A DNA stretch of 64,000 bases. Source: Chiloscyllium plagiosum (lineage: Eukaryota). The position numbers and the translations under genes are program-made. Below the pieces are notes generated by a model. That model was not told the origin of the DNA. It did no database searches and saw only the letters and a program-made list of their open reading frames with translations. Location: positions 14,111,937 through 14,175,936 of the forward strand of contig NC_057753.1 in the NCBI RefSeq assembly GCF_004010195.1, given 5' to 3'. Each line of letters begins with the position of its first letter. Positions within the stretch are counted from its first letter, which is position 1. This document shows, piece after piece, positions 24,960 through 37,929 of this stretch.

Positions 24960-25719
24960 TTGTGAGTACTTAATGCCTTATGTATATTATTGGGTAAATG
25001 TCATGCAAGTTTTTCATGCGAGATTTATCCTTGAAGTCTCCAGAAATATGGAAACATCGAAAGTTTGCAACATGTCCTTCCTCTGTCATCCTTGTGATTG
25101 AAAATTTAGTGTGGAGGTGTATCAAAATAAGAATCCTCTATAATCAGTATTGAAACAATTGGGCATCAATTTTTAATATCTATGCAGGTGATTCTGAGGA
25201 AACTCTTAGAGTCATATAAGCTGAGGAACAGGCCCATCAGTTCACCATGTCAATGCTGACAAACAATTTCCAAAGTACGCTAGTCCCATATACCTGTGCT
25301 TGGCCATAGCCTATTATGTCTTGGCATTTTAATTACTCGTACAAAGCCGTCTTGAAAAAGTGTGAAAGTACCACCACTGTCACAGGCAGTGCATTCTGAA
25401 TTTATATAAACTTCTGGGTGAAAATACTTGCCTCAAATCCCCTCAGTAAATTTGTCACCACAATTCAAACTTATTTTTTCCAGTATTGAACAAGTGTGGG
25501 TGAGGTTAATGTATTCGTAAAAAATGAAAATAAATCGATAGTAAGATATGAGGCAGACTCTAAAATTGTAGAATCTATGTGGGTACAATTGAGCTAACGA
25601 AAATATAAATGAAGACACAGTTGGACAAATTTAAAGGCCTTCAGTCAGGAGCTGCGGTGCAAGATACACCAGGAGATGGAAACGATGTGCAAGAAGATCA
25701 TCTTTTTGCCCTCCCTTTC

Positions 25720-27140
25720 AAATGGAATAGTTTCAGATGCCTGGGGGGAGGGAGGAAAACGTTATTCCCTTGTTCAAACGAGAATATGGATAATCCTGGC
25801 AGTTACAGACCAGTTAGTCTTACGTATTTGCTGGGCAAATCATTTGGGAATATTCTGAGAAAGGGGATTTATGATCATTTGGAAAACCATCGTTTGATCA
25901 AACATATTCAGCATGGCTTTGTGAGGGGGTAAGTCATGCCTCACAAGCCTTATTCAGTGACAATACACAACGATGAATGTAGCGCAGTGGCTGTGGTGCA
26001 CATGAATTTTAGCAAAACGCTGGATAAGTTTCCCTTAATGTAGGCTCATTCAGAAAATATTGAGGCATGGGCTAAAGGGAAATCTGCTAATCTGGACACT
26101 GAATTGGCGAGCCCATATAAGACAGAAGGGTGGTAGTAGATGGAAAGTATTCAGCCTGGATATCGACGACGAGAATTGTTCTGCAAGCATCTGTTCTGGG
26201 ACATCGGCTCCTTGTGATTTTTAAAACTGACCTGGATGAGAAAGTGGAAGGGTGTGTTACAAATTTGGCCGAAGACACGAAAATTGGTGGAGTGGTAAAT
26301 AGTGTAGAGGGTTTATGTAGGTTGTAACGTGACATCGGGGAGAAAGCAGACCTGGGCTGAGAAGTGGCAGATCGAGATCAATCTGGAAAAGTGTCATGTG
26401 ATTCATTTTGGTCGATCGAAATTGAATACCGAATACAAAGTTAAATTCGGGATTATTCGCAGTGTGGAGGAACAAAGAGATCTCGGGGTCCATGTCCATG
26501 GCTTCCGAAAGGCTAACATCCATATTGGTAAGTTTATCAAGAAGGCGTATGGTGTGTTGACTTTCATTCCCATGGGTGTTGAGTTTAATAGCGATTATGC
26601 TGCAGCTGTGTAGATGCGTGGTTGGATCACACTTCGATTATTGCGTTTAGTTCTGGTCACATAATTATAGGGATGATTTGCAAGCTTTAGAGAGGACGCA
26701 GACGAGATTTTCCAGGATTCTGCCTCGATTGGAGGGCGTGTCTTACGGTTTTCTCATTGGAGTGAAGAAGGTTGAGAAGCGACTTAATAGAAATGTACAA
26801 GATGGTGCGAAGCATAAAAAGAATTACGAGTCAAAGACGTTTTCCCAGGGCGAAAAATAGCAATCTCAAAAGGGCATTATTTTAAGGTGATTGGAGGAAG
26901 GTTGAGGGCAGATTTCAGAGATTGGTTCTTTACACAGAAAGTGGTTTGTGTGTGGAATGCACTGCCAGCGGGTCTGAAAGAGTCAGATACATTAGGGATA
27001 ATTAAGTGACTCTTGGATACATGCATGATAGTTAAAATGAAGGTTATGCAGGTTAGTTTGATCTTAGAATAGGATAACATTTTGGGATAACATCAAGGGC
27101 CAATGGGCTTGTTCTGTGTTGTACAGCTCTATGATCTATG
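25720..27140 (+). mobile_element. CR1 LINE ORF2 3' portion
   Basis: DNPGSYRPVSLT...QHGFVRG, VLQASVLG...NLAEDTKIGG, WAEKWQIEINLEKCHVIHFGR and ALERTQTRF. Same tail family as the copy at 10614-12010. Confidence 0.9.
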
Positions 27141-27169
27141 CTCTCTGAAAAGCCAAGTGACAGCGATCA

Positions 27170-29595
27170 TGGGGAATTGCAATGTTCAGATGGGCTGGGA
27201 AAATCGGGTTGGTCAAGCATTGCAAGTAAGGGAATTCATGTCATGTCTACAAAATATTCTTTTAGAGCAGCCGTGGTGAAGCCCAATAAGGACCAAACAA
27301 CACTAGTTTTGGTGTTGTGTATTAAGGCAGACTTGATAAGGGAGCTGAAGGTGAAGGAATCCTTTGGAGGCAGTGATGATAACATGATTGGTTTTATCCT
27401 GCAATTTGAGAGGGAAAAGATAGAATCAGAGGTCCGGCATTAAAGCTGAATAAAGTCAGCTACAGAGGCATGAGGGAGGACCTGGAGAGGAACCAGCAGA
27501 AAAGACAGTGGAACAACAATTGTCAAGAGTTTCTGCGAGTAGTTCAGGAGATGAAGCAGAGATTCATTCCTAGGGAAAGTAAAGCATGTCACATGGCGGA
27601 TGAGGTAATTTATCCTGACTAACAAGGGTCATCAAGGATAGCATACAAGCAAAGGAGAAAGCATATAATGTGGAGAAAGGCAATGGTAAAATAAAAAGGA
27701 ATGGGAATCTTGCAAAGAGAAACAAAGGACAACAAAGAAAGAAAAAGGGACGGAGAAGATAAAAGATGAGTGTAAGCCAGCTCAACAATAAAGAAAGACT
27801 GTACTAGATTCTTTAAATATATAAAGGGCAAAAGAGAGGCAGAAGTGGAGATGGGGGCCGTTGGAAAATGACACCAGAGAGATACTAGTTAGGAACAAGG
27901 AAATGGTTTAGGTACTGAACAATTGCTTCACGCCTGTCCTCACGGTGGAAGGCATGAGTACTATACCAAACATTCAAGAGTGAGGGGGCAGAGCTCAGTA
28001 TGGTGGCCATCACCAAGTAGAAGGTGATAGAAAATTTGAATGGCCTGAAGGTGGATAAATTCTTTGGTCCAGATGGATTACACCCAGAGTTCTAAGGGAG
28101 AAATCTGAAGAGATAATGGTGGCATTAATGGTGCTCTTTCAGGATTCGCTACAATCAGGAGGGTCCCAGAACACTGGAAAATCAATAACGTGACACCCCT
28201 GTTTAAAAAGGGAGTGCGGGAAAAATGGAATATTACAAACCGATCAGCCTAATTTCAGTCATGGATATGACCTCAGAATCCATTTTGAAGGATGAAAGTT
28301 CTGAATACTTGGAAGTGTGTGGTAAAACAGGGCAAAGTCAGAATGGCTTCATTAGGGGGAGGCAGTACCTGACAAATCAGCTCGAATTCCTTTAGGATGT
28401 AACCACTAGGTTAAGTCAAGGAGTGCCAACAGATGTTATCAACCTGGACTCCGATGTGCCGCACAGGATGCTACTGAGCAAAAGAAGTATCCATGATGTT
28501 AGAGGCAAATTGCTAGCATGGATGGGGGATTGGCTGCCTGGAAGAAGCTGAGAGTGAGGATAAAATGGTCCTCAGGATGGTGGCTGGTGTAAAGTAGTAT
28601 TCTGCAAGGCTCAGTGCTGGAAGCAAATTTTTACTTTATACCCTAACGTTCGAGATGAAGGAACGAAAGGCAGTCCGTCTAAGTGGCAGACGACAAAAGG
28701 ATAGTAAGAGAGAGAGACAGCATTGAGGAGGCGGAGAGGCTGCAGAGTGATTTTGACAGGTTAGGAGAGTTGACAAAAAGTGGCAGATGGAGTACAACGT
28801 GGGCAATTGTAAGGGCTTGCACTTTAGTAACAAGAACAGAGGCGTGGACTTTTTTTTTAATGGGGAGAAAATTCAGAAGTCTGAAGTACAAAGTCACTTG
28901 AGAGTCCTCGTCCAAGATTGTACAAAGTTAAACTTTCGGTAGGATTCAGTGGTTTGGAAGGCAAATGCAGTAATGGCATTTATTTTGAATCGAATTGAAT
29001 ATAATACCAGGGAAATACCACAGGTTCTGGTGAGGAAACAAATGGATTGTTATGCGCGGTTTTGGTACCAATATCTTAGGAACCATGTGCTGGCCCTGTA
29101 GGTAGCTCAGAGGAGGTACACGAGAATGGTTCCAGGAATGAAAAGCTGAACGTGTGAAAAACGTTTGAGGACTCAGGAACTGTACTCGATGGAGTCTAGA
29201 TGGATGAGGAGGAATCGACGTAACACATGCAGAATGCTTAATCACCGAGACAGAATAGATGTTGGGAAGGTCCTTCGATTGGTCACAGAGATGAGAACCC
29301 AAGGGCACAGTCTTATAGTAAAGGAAAACCTGTTACAACGGAGATAGGGGAAACCTTCTTCCGCCAGAAAGTAACGAATCTATGGAATTCATTGCCACAG
29401 AAGGCTGTTGAGGCAGGTTATTGAGTTTTTTTAAAAAGACTGAGATAACTAGGCTCTTAAGTATCAAGGGGATCAACGTTTAAGGAGAAGGCGAGAGAAT
29501 GGGGTTGAGAAACTTATCAGCCATGATTGAATGGCTAAGCAGACTTGGTGTCTGAATGGCCAAATTTTACTCCTATGTCTTATGTTCTTATGGTC
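27170..29595 (+). mobile_element. CR1 LINE ORF2 (end of endonuclease, RT and tail), decayed
   Basis: ESFGGSDDNMIGF (SDHN-like), ADDKRI...ERLQSDFDRLGE and QELYSMESRWMR. Tail AATGGCCAAATTTTACTCCTATGTCTTATG. Confidence 0.88.
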
Positions 29596-29599
29596 AGCA

Positions 29600-30090
29600 A
29601 CGGGAAGTAATCTCACGATCTCTCCGATCTATGCCTCTCATAATTTCGTGAACATCAATCAGATCACCCTTCCAGCTTCGTATATACCAAGGAAAACAAA
29701 CCCAGTCAATCCAATCTCCTCTCATATTTTACACTTTACAACCAAAGCAACATCTTGGCGAATCTCGTCTACACTGCCTTAAATTAAATCACGCCATTTC
29801 ATTAATATGGCCTGCATCTGTGGCATCATCAATGTTTTATAAATGTGTAACAAGTTTCTCTTTCACTTATCTCTCCAGTTCTACCAATTAAGGAAAGCAT
29901 TTCACATGCCTTCATCGCCACCCTATGCACTTGGACGGACAACGTCCGAGATTTATGAATTTGTGCACCAACGTTTCTTTCTTTTCTTCCTCTGTACTCT
30001 CCAGCTACATATCGTTCCCTAGTTAGACCTCCCAAAGTGCGTCACTTTGTCAGTTTCAGGATTAGTTTATATCTTTGACAGTTCTGCCAT
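29600..30090 (-). mobile_element. CR1 LINE fragment
   Basis: ORF 29829..30035 reads ERNVGAQIHKS...VHRVAMKACEMLSLIGR (RDLGV...KAxGMLxFI-like). Confidence 0.7.
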
Positions 30091-30276
30091 TGTAGAGGTT
30101 TAGGGAAAACCCATAAAATTATGAGTAATGTAGATAAATTTGATTGTTGCGAAACAGTTCCCTTTATTAAGAAGTAAATAAATGCTGGGATATATAGTTA
30201 AAACATTCAGCAGAATAATTACGGACGAACATCCATTGAGACCACGCTTGTACACGCTTCCTATGCATGTATGAAT

Positions 30277-30401
30277 CCAGATGAAGGGTTTGTGCCAGAA
30301 ACGTCGATTCTCCTGCTCCTCGGGTGCTGTCTGACCTGCTGTGCTTTTCCAGAACCACACTGTCGACTCTGATCTCCAGCATCTGCAGACCTCAATTCCT
30401 C
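30277..30401 (+). mobile_element. Penelope terminal-repeat fragment with a degenerate hammerhead core
   Basis: CAGATGAAGGGTTTGTGCCAGAAACGTCGATTCTCCTGCTCCTCGG...GATCTCCAGCATCTGCAG. Confidence 0.8.
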
Positions 30402-31939
30402 ATTTATTTATTTACATATATACACAGAGACACACATACCTTCAATCTTTTTAGATTTTTACAGCATCTCAACAACTCCATGCCTCTCTTTCTCTACATT
30501 TGTCTTCATCTATTCAAATACTCTCAATGTGCAGTTTCTTTCTCTGACATTGTCGCCAACTATCTTTGCTGCTCTTAATAACATAAACTTCGAGCTCTCT
30601 GACTTTTGATCTTTCAGTATGTGCATTGTACTCTCTGTCCTTCGAAAAATAAATTCCACTTAGTGCTCTCTTTCTTCTGCTGTCTAGGCAACACTGACCA
30701 AGGACACAAGTCGTTTATTTACAAGGAGGTGCCTGGTTCATCCGTGTTAGTAATACAGAGAGTAAGAGATTTGAGTAGTGAAACGCAGCGGGAATCGAGT
30801 TGGTAAGGCAGCGTGAAGGAGATATGGGAGACATATTTGAAAGTGACGTTTCACTTTCCAAATAAGGGAATAGAGATTGTAATATACAAATATCCAATTC
30901 CCATTCAGACTTTCTTCTGGTTGTCTGCATGTTTCACTCAGCATGTAAACATTAATATGGCCTGCATAGGCCAGTGTCCATGGCCTATGTATTCCACCAT
31001 TAAATTTCATACAAGCAACGTGTGAAAGTATGACGTCCCATCTAAAGTCAACAACAGATTTCAAGGCTGTTTTCTTAATAACCATTGGGACATGAGCATC
31101 GGTGGCCGCACACAACATTTATTCAACTTCACTTTTTTTCCCCGAGAGAAGGTGTTGATTTGCTCCCTTCTTGAACTCTGCTATTCATGCGCTGTTGGCA
31201 AACCCACCAGGGTGACAACTCCAGGATTTTCGTTTCTTTAACCTAGCCAGAGTGGATTCACAAATAACAGCAGCCTACAAGTTCAGATTGAATAACATCT
31301 TTAAAATATGACAAAAAGCAGAAATTTAACTGCCAAATGAGAGTTTAAGATCTGTAAGGTATATTCCACTGGTATGAAGAAATAACTCTTCAACAATTGG
31401 ACCGTTTCTTTTAGCTGCCTTCCCTGGCTCACTGTGCCATTTTATGTCTCTTTGGAATGATTTTTAAACTGTCTCGGTGTACACCAACATTATTGAAGTC
31501 AAATTATCTGAAGTATTTTCCTAAAATGCACCAACTGTCCGCCTCTGAAATATGACAAAAATGTAAACAGAGAAACATTGATGAACATCTTTGCTCATTC
31601 ATCCTAAACCGGGGGATTCGACTGATCAGTCATGTAGACAGGCAAAAAAAATTTTTCACTACTGACTTCCACTACCACAGCCACGTTAACACTAATTTTG
31701 CAAATTTTAATTTAATTGCCCTCTATCTGAATCATGTCTTTCTTTATAACTGATATAACCTTTCGTTTTATCAGCATTAATTAACTGTGCTAAACAAAAT
31801 GCCGAATTAATGGAATATTTTGAGTTTTGTTTTGGTATGGCATGTTAATATAGTTCGGTAGTTTAACAAAAAAAAAGCTCACGTCCTCATTTTGTAAACA
31901 ATTTTAAATCTCTTAGCGATAAACGCTATCCTTTAGTGT

Positions 31940-33648
31940 CCTTCGTGAGGCATACATGTAATGATGTTTCGATGGTAAATTGAGAGGAAGTGTTGCCATT
32001 TATTTGTCAATCAACCGACATGATTTTGTAATGCCATGCCTCCGTGACTGATAACTAGAAAGAGATATTGGACAAAATGGCCAGAGTTGATTGGAAGGCA
32101 ATGGAGCAGGGAAGACGTCGGAACAGCTGTAGTGGGAGGCTATGTGGGTAAAATTGGACTTACAGCAGAAATTCATCCCAAGAAAGAAGGAACACGCGAA
32201 GGGAAGGAGGAGGCCACAATGGCCGAAACATTCTGACAGGGACTGCATAAAAGCAAAATAAAAGATATCTAATGTGGTGAAGATTATTAGGAAACCAGAC
32301 GATTGTAAACGTTTAAAACCTGCAGAGGACAATTAATGCAAACAATACATGCAGTGAAGATGATACATAAGAATGGCAGCTGCTCATGTCAAACAGATTG
32401 CAAGGTTTAGATTTAGATACATAAAATATAAAAGAAGGGCAAGAATGGGCATTGAGCCAGGGGAAAATGACATTCGAAAAGTAGTAGTGAGGCAATAAGA
32501 AGTAGCAAATGAATTGAATACGTACTTTGCATTAGCTTTCGCAGTGGAAGACAACAGCAGCATTCAGAACGGCAGGAGAGTCAGAGGCAAATTTGATTGC
32601 AGTGACTATCACAAACGTCAAGGTGCTGGCGTAACTGAAATATGCAGCAGTGGATAAATCATACAAGCCGGTTGGACTGGATTGAGTATTCTGACAGAAA
32701 GGAAGATCAGGATATTGCAGTGGTAGTGGTGGTGAAAATTCATGAATCGTTGGAGTAATACAATATACTATAGGACTGAAAAATGTTTGCTCTAACACCA
32801 GGCTTTACGAAGGGAGAGAGGGAGAAGATTGGAAATTGCAGGCCAGGTAGCCTGGCCTTGATTATTGGGAAGATTGCAGTATCCATTAGTAAGGATGATA
32901 TTAGAAGTGAATGGAAGATAATGCTGAGTATGCATGCTTCGACAAGAGGTGCTCATGTCTCACAAGTCTATTGGAATTATTTGAGAAGGTAATAAGAGAG
33001 TTCCACAAAGAACAACCAAATGAACGTGACCTATTCGGATTTCCAGAAAGTCTTTGACCAGATGAGCATGCATTTCGAGAGGGCAAAAATGCAAGAGTAG
33101 AGACATTATTCTGACGTGGCACACTGCTCTGGTCAGATCATATTTCGACAGCTGTGAGCGGTTTTGGGCCCTTTTCCAAGGAAAATGGTGCTGGCGTTGG
33201 AGGGGATCAGAGGAGGTTCTCAAGAGTGATGCGGGGAATGTAGGACTTGTCTTATGAGGAAGCATTAAATATGTTGGATCTGTAGAAAAATTAGTTTAGA
33301 ATTATAGGGGAGATCTTATTTAATCGTACATAATGAGAAGCCGGGATGCAGTTGAAGAAAATAGGATTTTCCTACGACTAGGAGAGACTGATACCCTAGG
33401 GCAAAGCCTGATCATGAAGGAGTGACTCTTTAGATCTGAGACCAAGAAGAATTTCCTCAACCAGAATACGCTGAACCTATGCACCTCGTTGCCTCACAAG
33501 ACCGACGAGACTAAATTATTTAATAACTATAAGATCGAGAATAATAAGTTGATGATTAGCATGGGATCACAGGTTAATTTGAGAATCCAGGAGACAGGGT
33601 TCACGAACCATATTAGTCATGACTGAATAGGGGAGTAGTATCAAAGAA
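31940..33648 (+). mobile_element. Decayed CR1 LINE ORF2
   Basis: ORF 32783..32992 reads KGEREKIGNCRPGSL. Further degenerate RT and tail motifs continue to about 33640. Confidence 0.75.
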
Positions 33649-34116
33649 TCAATAGACAATAGGTGCAGGAGTAGGCCATTCCGCCCTTCGATCTTGCATC
33701 ATCATTCAATATGATCTTGGCTGATCATCTTTAATCAGTATCCTGTTCCTGCCTTATCTCCATAACCCTTGACTCCACTATCATTGAGAGCTCTATCCAA
33801 CTCTTTCTTAAATGAATCCAGAGACTGGGCCTCCACTGCCCTCTGGGGAAGAGCATTCTACACAGCCACCACTCTCTGGGAGAAGACGTTTCTCCTCATC
33901 TTTGCCCTAAATGGTCTACCCCGTATTTTTAAGCTGTGTCCTCTCGGTCGGCACTCACCCATCAGCGGAAACATGTTTCCTGCCTCCAGAGTGTCTAATC
34001 CTTTAATAATCGTATATGTCTTAATCATATCCCCTCTCAGTCTTCTAATCTCAAGGGTATACAAGCCTAGTCGATCCAGTCTTTCAGCGTAAGGTAGTCC
34101 CGCCATTCCAGGAATT
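33649..34116 (-). mobile_element. Young 5'-truncated CR1 LINE 3' end
   Basis: ORF 33858..34106 MAGLPYAERLDRLGLYTLEIRRLRGDMIKTY...RGHSLKIRGRPFR...FSQRVVAV is barely diverged. Tail ATGGCCTACTCCTGCACCTATTGTCTATTG. Confidence 0.92.
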
Positions 34117-35167
34117 CGGTTCGAATGTTTTATGATCTTAAAGTAAAAACTAGAAACATGAAAAATGAAAATGAAAAAAAGAGGATGAAATTTGAATGGC
34201 GAAGTATTAATGAAAATATGTACGGCAGAATTACTGTCAGACGACAGGAGAAGTGTCGACTCGAAAAATTTAAAACAAAATGAAAAATAGACATCACAAT
34301 GTACATAGGTTCTACATCAAGTAAACTTAAACACTCAAATAGTTTGCAACGTTATAAAATTATTTTCCTTCTTCATCAATTAAAGGCTCGCCATATTTTG
34401 TTACTTTGTTGTATGAGCTGAAGTATATCCAAGCAGAAAGGTTTGGAAATATTCACAAAGAGATACATAAACATTTTAATCTGTTCATTTTGCAGAATGT
34501 GTAAATATTTCAATGTCACAACAGAGAGCTTGCTGATGCTGAATGTCGCAGCGTTTCCAGCTGGAAAACAGCGGAAGATATTTTGGGCTGACACTTTGAA
34601 GAGATATACGATGCAGATCTCGACTTAGCTGTTTTCACTCAGTGTGTCCCAATGACAGGATACTGTCTAGAATCCTTTGGTTGTATCTACTGTGGAAACA
34701 AATTACAAATGTCACGATTCTAGAATATGTATTGAGGCAAACCAGCGTGCTGTCAGGAGAATAGTTGAATTTTATTCTCCTTGTGTCATGTTCAGTCTCA
34801 CAATAGCTGTCTGTCAAACATGGAATGTTGCAAAGCCTAGTGTGATTATATTTTGATTCGGGCATCTCAAAATGAACATGGTCTATGGCGAAAAATAACA
34901 TTTGACGTATACCTTGCCTTACTTAATTGCTTTTATAGAGTTATTTCCACTTGTATTTGAACGAAAACTGTTTTTGGAAAATAAACATTAGCTCCACACA
35001 CAGATGGCATCAAAGTATATGCATATTTCCAAAGAAAATTGAAAGAAGATGTAGAACAACAGTATTCAGCCAAATCTCTCTTTGAATGCTGAATTCCAGT
35101 ACTATTTTCTCTATTGTTAGGAATTTGCCAAACCCTACAACCTGAGAGCTGGTGAATATGCCTTGCT

Positions 35168-35206
35168 GGTTTTTGTACATGCTGACAGCGTCCCTGTAAC
35201 AGTGTG
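35168..35206 (-). other. Recombination signal sequence, 23-bp spacer (V2)
   Basis: Minus strand: CACACTG (35206-35200), 23 nt, ACAAAAACC (35176-35168). Confidence 0.93.
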
Positions 35207-35640
35207 GGGCGCAGTGCACAATGATACGTTGCAGAGTCAGAGACACAAACTCGAAGGATTCTTAGTGGAACTGTTTTTCGTTCTTTGTCCAATGATGCAC
35301 TGAATCTTTGACGGAAATTTTGAGCGGTCTCGCCTGGACCATTGTCATATCTCTTCAGCATATATTTCAGAGAACTCCCTGGATATTGAATATACCAGAA
35401 GAAATAAGGAAAAGTATCAGTCGTGGAATAACTGCAGTTCAGTGTAATGGTCTCTCCTTCCTCAACTGTTAGTTCAGACGGAACCTGGGATACTGAGTCG
35501 ATTCCACTTGTACCTGAAATATGAACATAAAATGTATATTAAAATTGGGAGCAAATGCAAGCAACAAGCACGAGTCATAAAAATTCACACTCACCAGGCA
35601 CAAGGACCAGTAGCATCAGTACGAGCCGTGAATAATACAT
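35207..35640 (-). CDS. TRAV/DV: T-cell receptor alpha/delta-type V gene segment V2, open (leader exon 35595-35640, V exon 35207-35513)
   Basis: Leader MYYSRLVLMLLVLVP with G|GTGAGT donor, 81-bp intron, ATTTCAG acceptor. V exon GTSGIDSVSQVPSELTVEEGETITLNCSYSTTDTFPYFFWYIQYPGSSLKYMLKRYDNGPGETAQNFRQRFSASLDKERKTVPLRILRVCVSDSATYHCALRP. Confidence 0.95.
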
Positions 35641-36689
35641 GATTTCTCGTTTAAATGCAGGTAAAAATGCTGCTGCATTATTTAAACGTGATAACCGCAG
35701 TGCTTAGCGTTGAAGTGTGAAAGTAGGTGGAGATATCGTCAAATGAGGAAAAAGGAAATGCAGTTCTGGGACATGATTGGCTGATATATCATTCCTGCCA
35801 CCATCTGTGCATCAATCTATGTCAGTTGTGTCCAATTACTGCATAATATCAAAAACCTCATGGCAAGCAAATTTCTCTCTTTGCGTGCATCTTTCTATCA
35901 GTATACGCATCTGTCTCACTAATTTTGTTTCTTACTCCGTTTCCCATCGATTTCAGTCCCCTGTCCTATTTCTCTCTCTACCAGGTCTCTAATCTTCATT
36001 CAACTGTTTCTGTCCTGGCTCATTGTTAAAAGAAGTGTGAAGCTGTTAACGCTGTCAAGGTATTTCATTTAATAATTTTACAAGAGCTGCTATTTTACTG
36101 TGTTTAATAACACAATACACAACCACGATGGCGATAGTTGCCTTTCAAACTGCTGATTTACGATCAAGTACGATACTTTTCAACAGAAGATTCTTCAAGA
36201 ATTAGCGAGGTGCACAGTTATATATGCTGCAGAAGTTTCACATAAACTGATGCCTCGATTAGCTTGCCAATTAAATGCTGTCACAGATAGCGTCCTGTGT
36301 TGCCAGAAGCAGCTCATAGTGGCTCGCGGGCTATCAAATGGAATGGACGAGGGCTAAGATTGTAAGGTATAAAGGACTTTGTTCAGCTCAGTATTGGAAC
36401 CACACAGGCAACGAGAGGGAGGTAAAGTTATCTCGTCACCTTACTTACAGCAATGGAACATGCCCTTCGGACTAAAATGTCTAATTCAGATTTTGAAAAA
36501 GACGAAAGCGATTGGAGGAAGTGCGAATTCACCAGAGAGATTCCAGAGCTGAGAATCTGTCATGAAAACAAAGTTTAAAAGCACAGCTTGATTTCGTTTA
36601 ATCAAATAACATGGTAGTGACAGTTAATTGACTTGCCGGAAATTCACTCACTTTGAATAAGTTGATCGCATTTTTGCATTCATTTACAG

Positions 36690-36995
36690 TGTGAGGGCAT
36701 AACTGTATAGGGCAGTATTTATTGCAAATTGAAAAGGGCAGATAAGAGTAAACCATATTGCTGAGGGTCTGGGGTTACATGTTGTCCAGATCCCACAAAG
36801 ATGCCAATTTATCTCCCTGAGGGACACGGGTAAAGCATTTTTTTTTAAAAAATAGACAACTTTTTCGTGGTCATTATTACAGACTTAATTCTATGTTTGT
36901 ATTGAAATAAAATACGAACTCAGGTTCCCAGAACACTAGCTGGATCTCTGGATTAATCACTTAACAAGATTACAACGGGGCCACCGCCTCCCCAG
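36690..36995 (-). mobile_element. Old tRNA-derived shark SINE (family not assigned; related pieces near 58110-58240)
   Basis: GGGTCTGGGGTTACATGTTGTCCAGA...TCTCCCTGAGGGACA resembles TGGAGTCACATGTAGGCCCGACC at about 58214. Similarity judged by eye. Confidence 0.5.
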
Positions 36996-37842
36996 TGTCA
37001 TGGTTTCTTCAGCAGAAGATTAAACAACAAATGAACTTAACTGTAGAGGAGGGTAAAATCAGGAAAGGAGAGTTTTATTTACCTAACTGTGATATGTTAC
37101 GATCTGGAATACAATATCTCAGTCTTTTTCATTCGTGCATCCTTGCTTGCTATGATCTGCGTTTATTGCTCGTAAACAAACTTTTTCACTGTGCGTCAGT
37201 ACACATCAATCAATCAATCAATTAGTCCGTAAACAACATGAAGGCGGAATAAGATTAAATTATACATTTACAAAATGGGGAAACTGAAAGATGAGTCATT
37301 CAAGTCAAACGAAAAGGCAGTTTCACTGCTCAATTTTAGATGCTCAATTTTATTCTCTTCATAGTTGGCCAACACGACTAACCATGGCCCAAAGTCCTCT
37401 CAACTAGCTGACTTTCGAGGCGCCTGAGCAGTGAGCAGGTGCAGGATGTGGGCAACATATTTCAATGCTCAGGAATTGTTCTTTTAATTCCATTGTTGCA
37501 TCTGCGGCTGTTTGTGCCACTTTCAGTTTTAAGTCTGAGGCTTCCTGTCTCATTACTTTGCTGTGTTGTGTTCTCCTTGACCCAATTGATGTTTGCAGTG
37601 AATTGGTACCTTTGGGTAATTCTGGAGCAATGGCAATCGCGACATGGATCAGTGATTTGGATTCGCCAAGCGATTTCCTGTGTTGATATGTGAAAGCGTC
37701 TGGAATTCTCAAAAGAAACCGATTCGTGCATTTCCTCACAATAATAGCTCAGACGGCATTTTTTAAAAAATGCATTCAGCAATGTGAGTGAGCAGTTGGC
37801 TTAACTCCGTTCGCCTGCAGCTAGCTCCAATTTCTTTGACAA

Positions 37843-37929
37843 GATGTGGAGGAGCTGGTGTTGGACTGGTGTGGACAAAGTCAAAAATCGCACAATATGA
37901 GGTTATAGTTTAATAGGTTTATTTGGTAG
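37843..37929. mobile_element. Short terminal-repeat insertion (same family as 5483-5615) with a 9-bp TSD
   Basis: CTTTGACAA at 37834-37842 and 37930-37938 flanks GATGTGGAGGAGCTGGTGTTGGACTGGTGTGGACAAAGTCAAAAATCGCACAA. Confidence 0.65.

Noticed and set aside
31409-31475. CACTGTG followed by TTTGGA...AAACTG, J-segment-like
   Set aside because: Translates FGMIFKLS rather than FGxGTxL, and there is no nonamer at 12 or 23 bp.
37404-37782. Several overlapping 70-110 aa ORFs in unique sequence
   Set aside because: No recognisable domain or splice structure; cannot be supported without a search.
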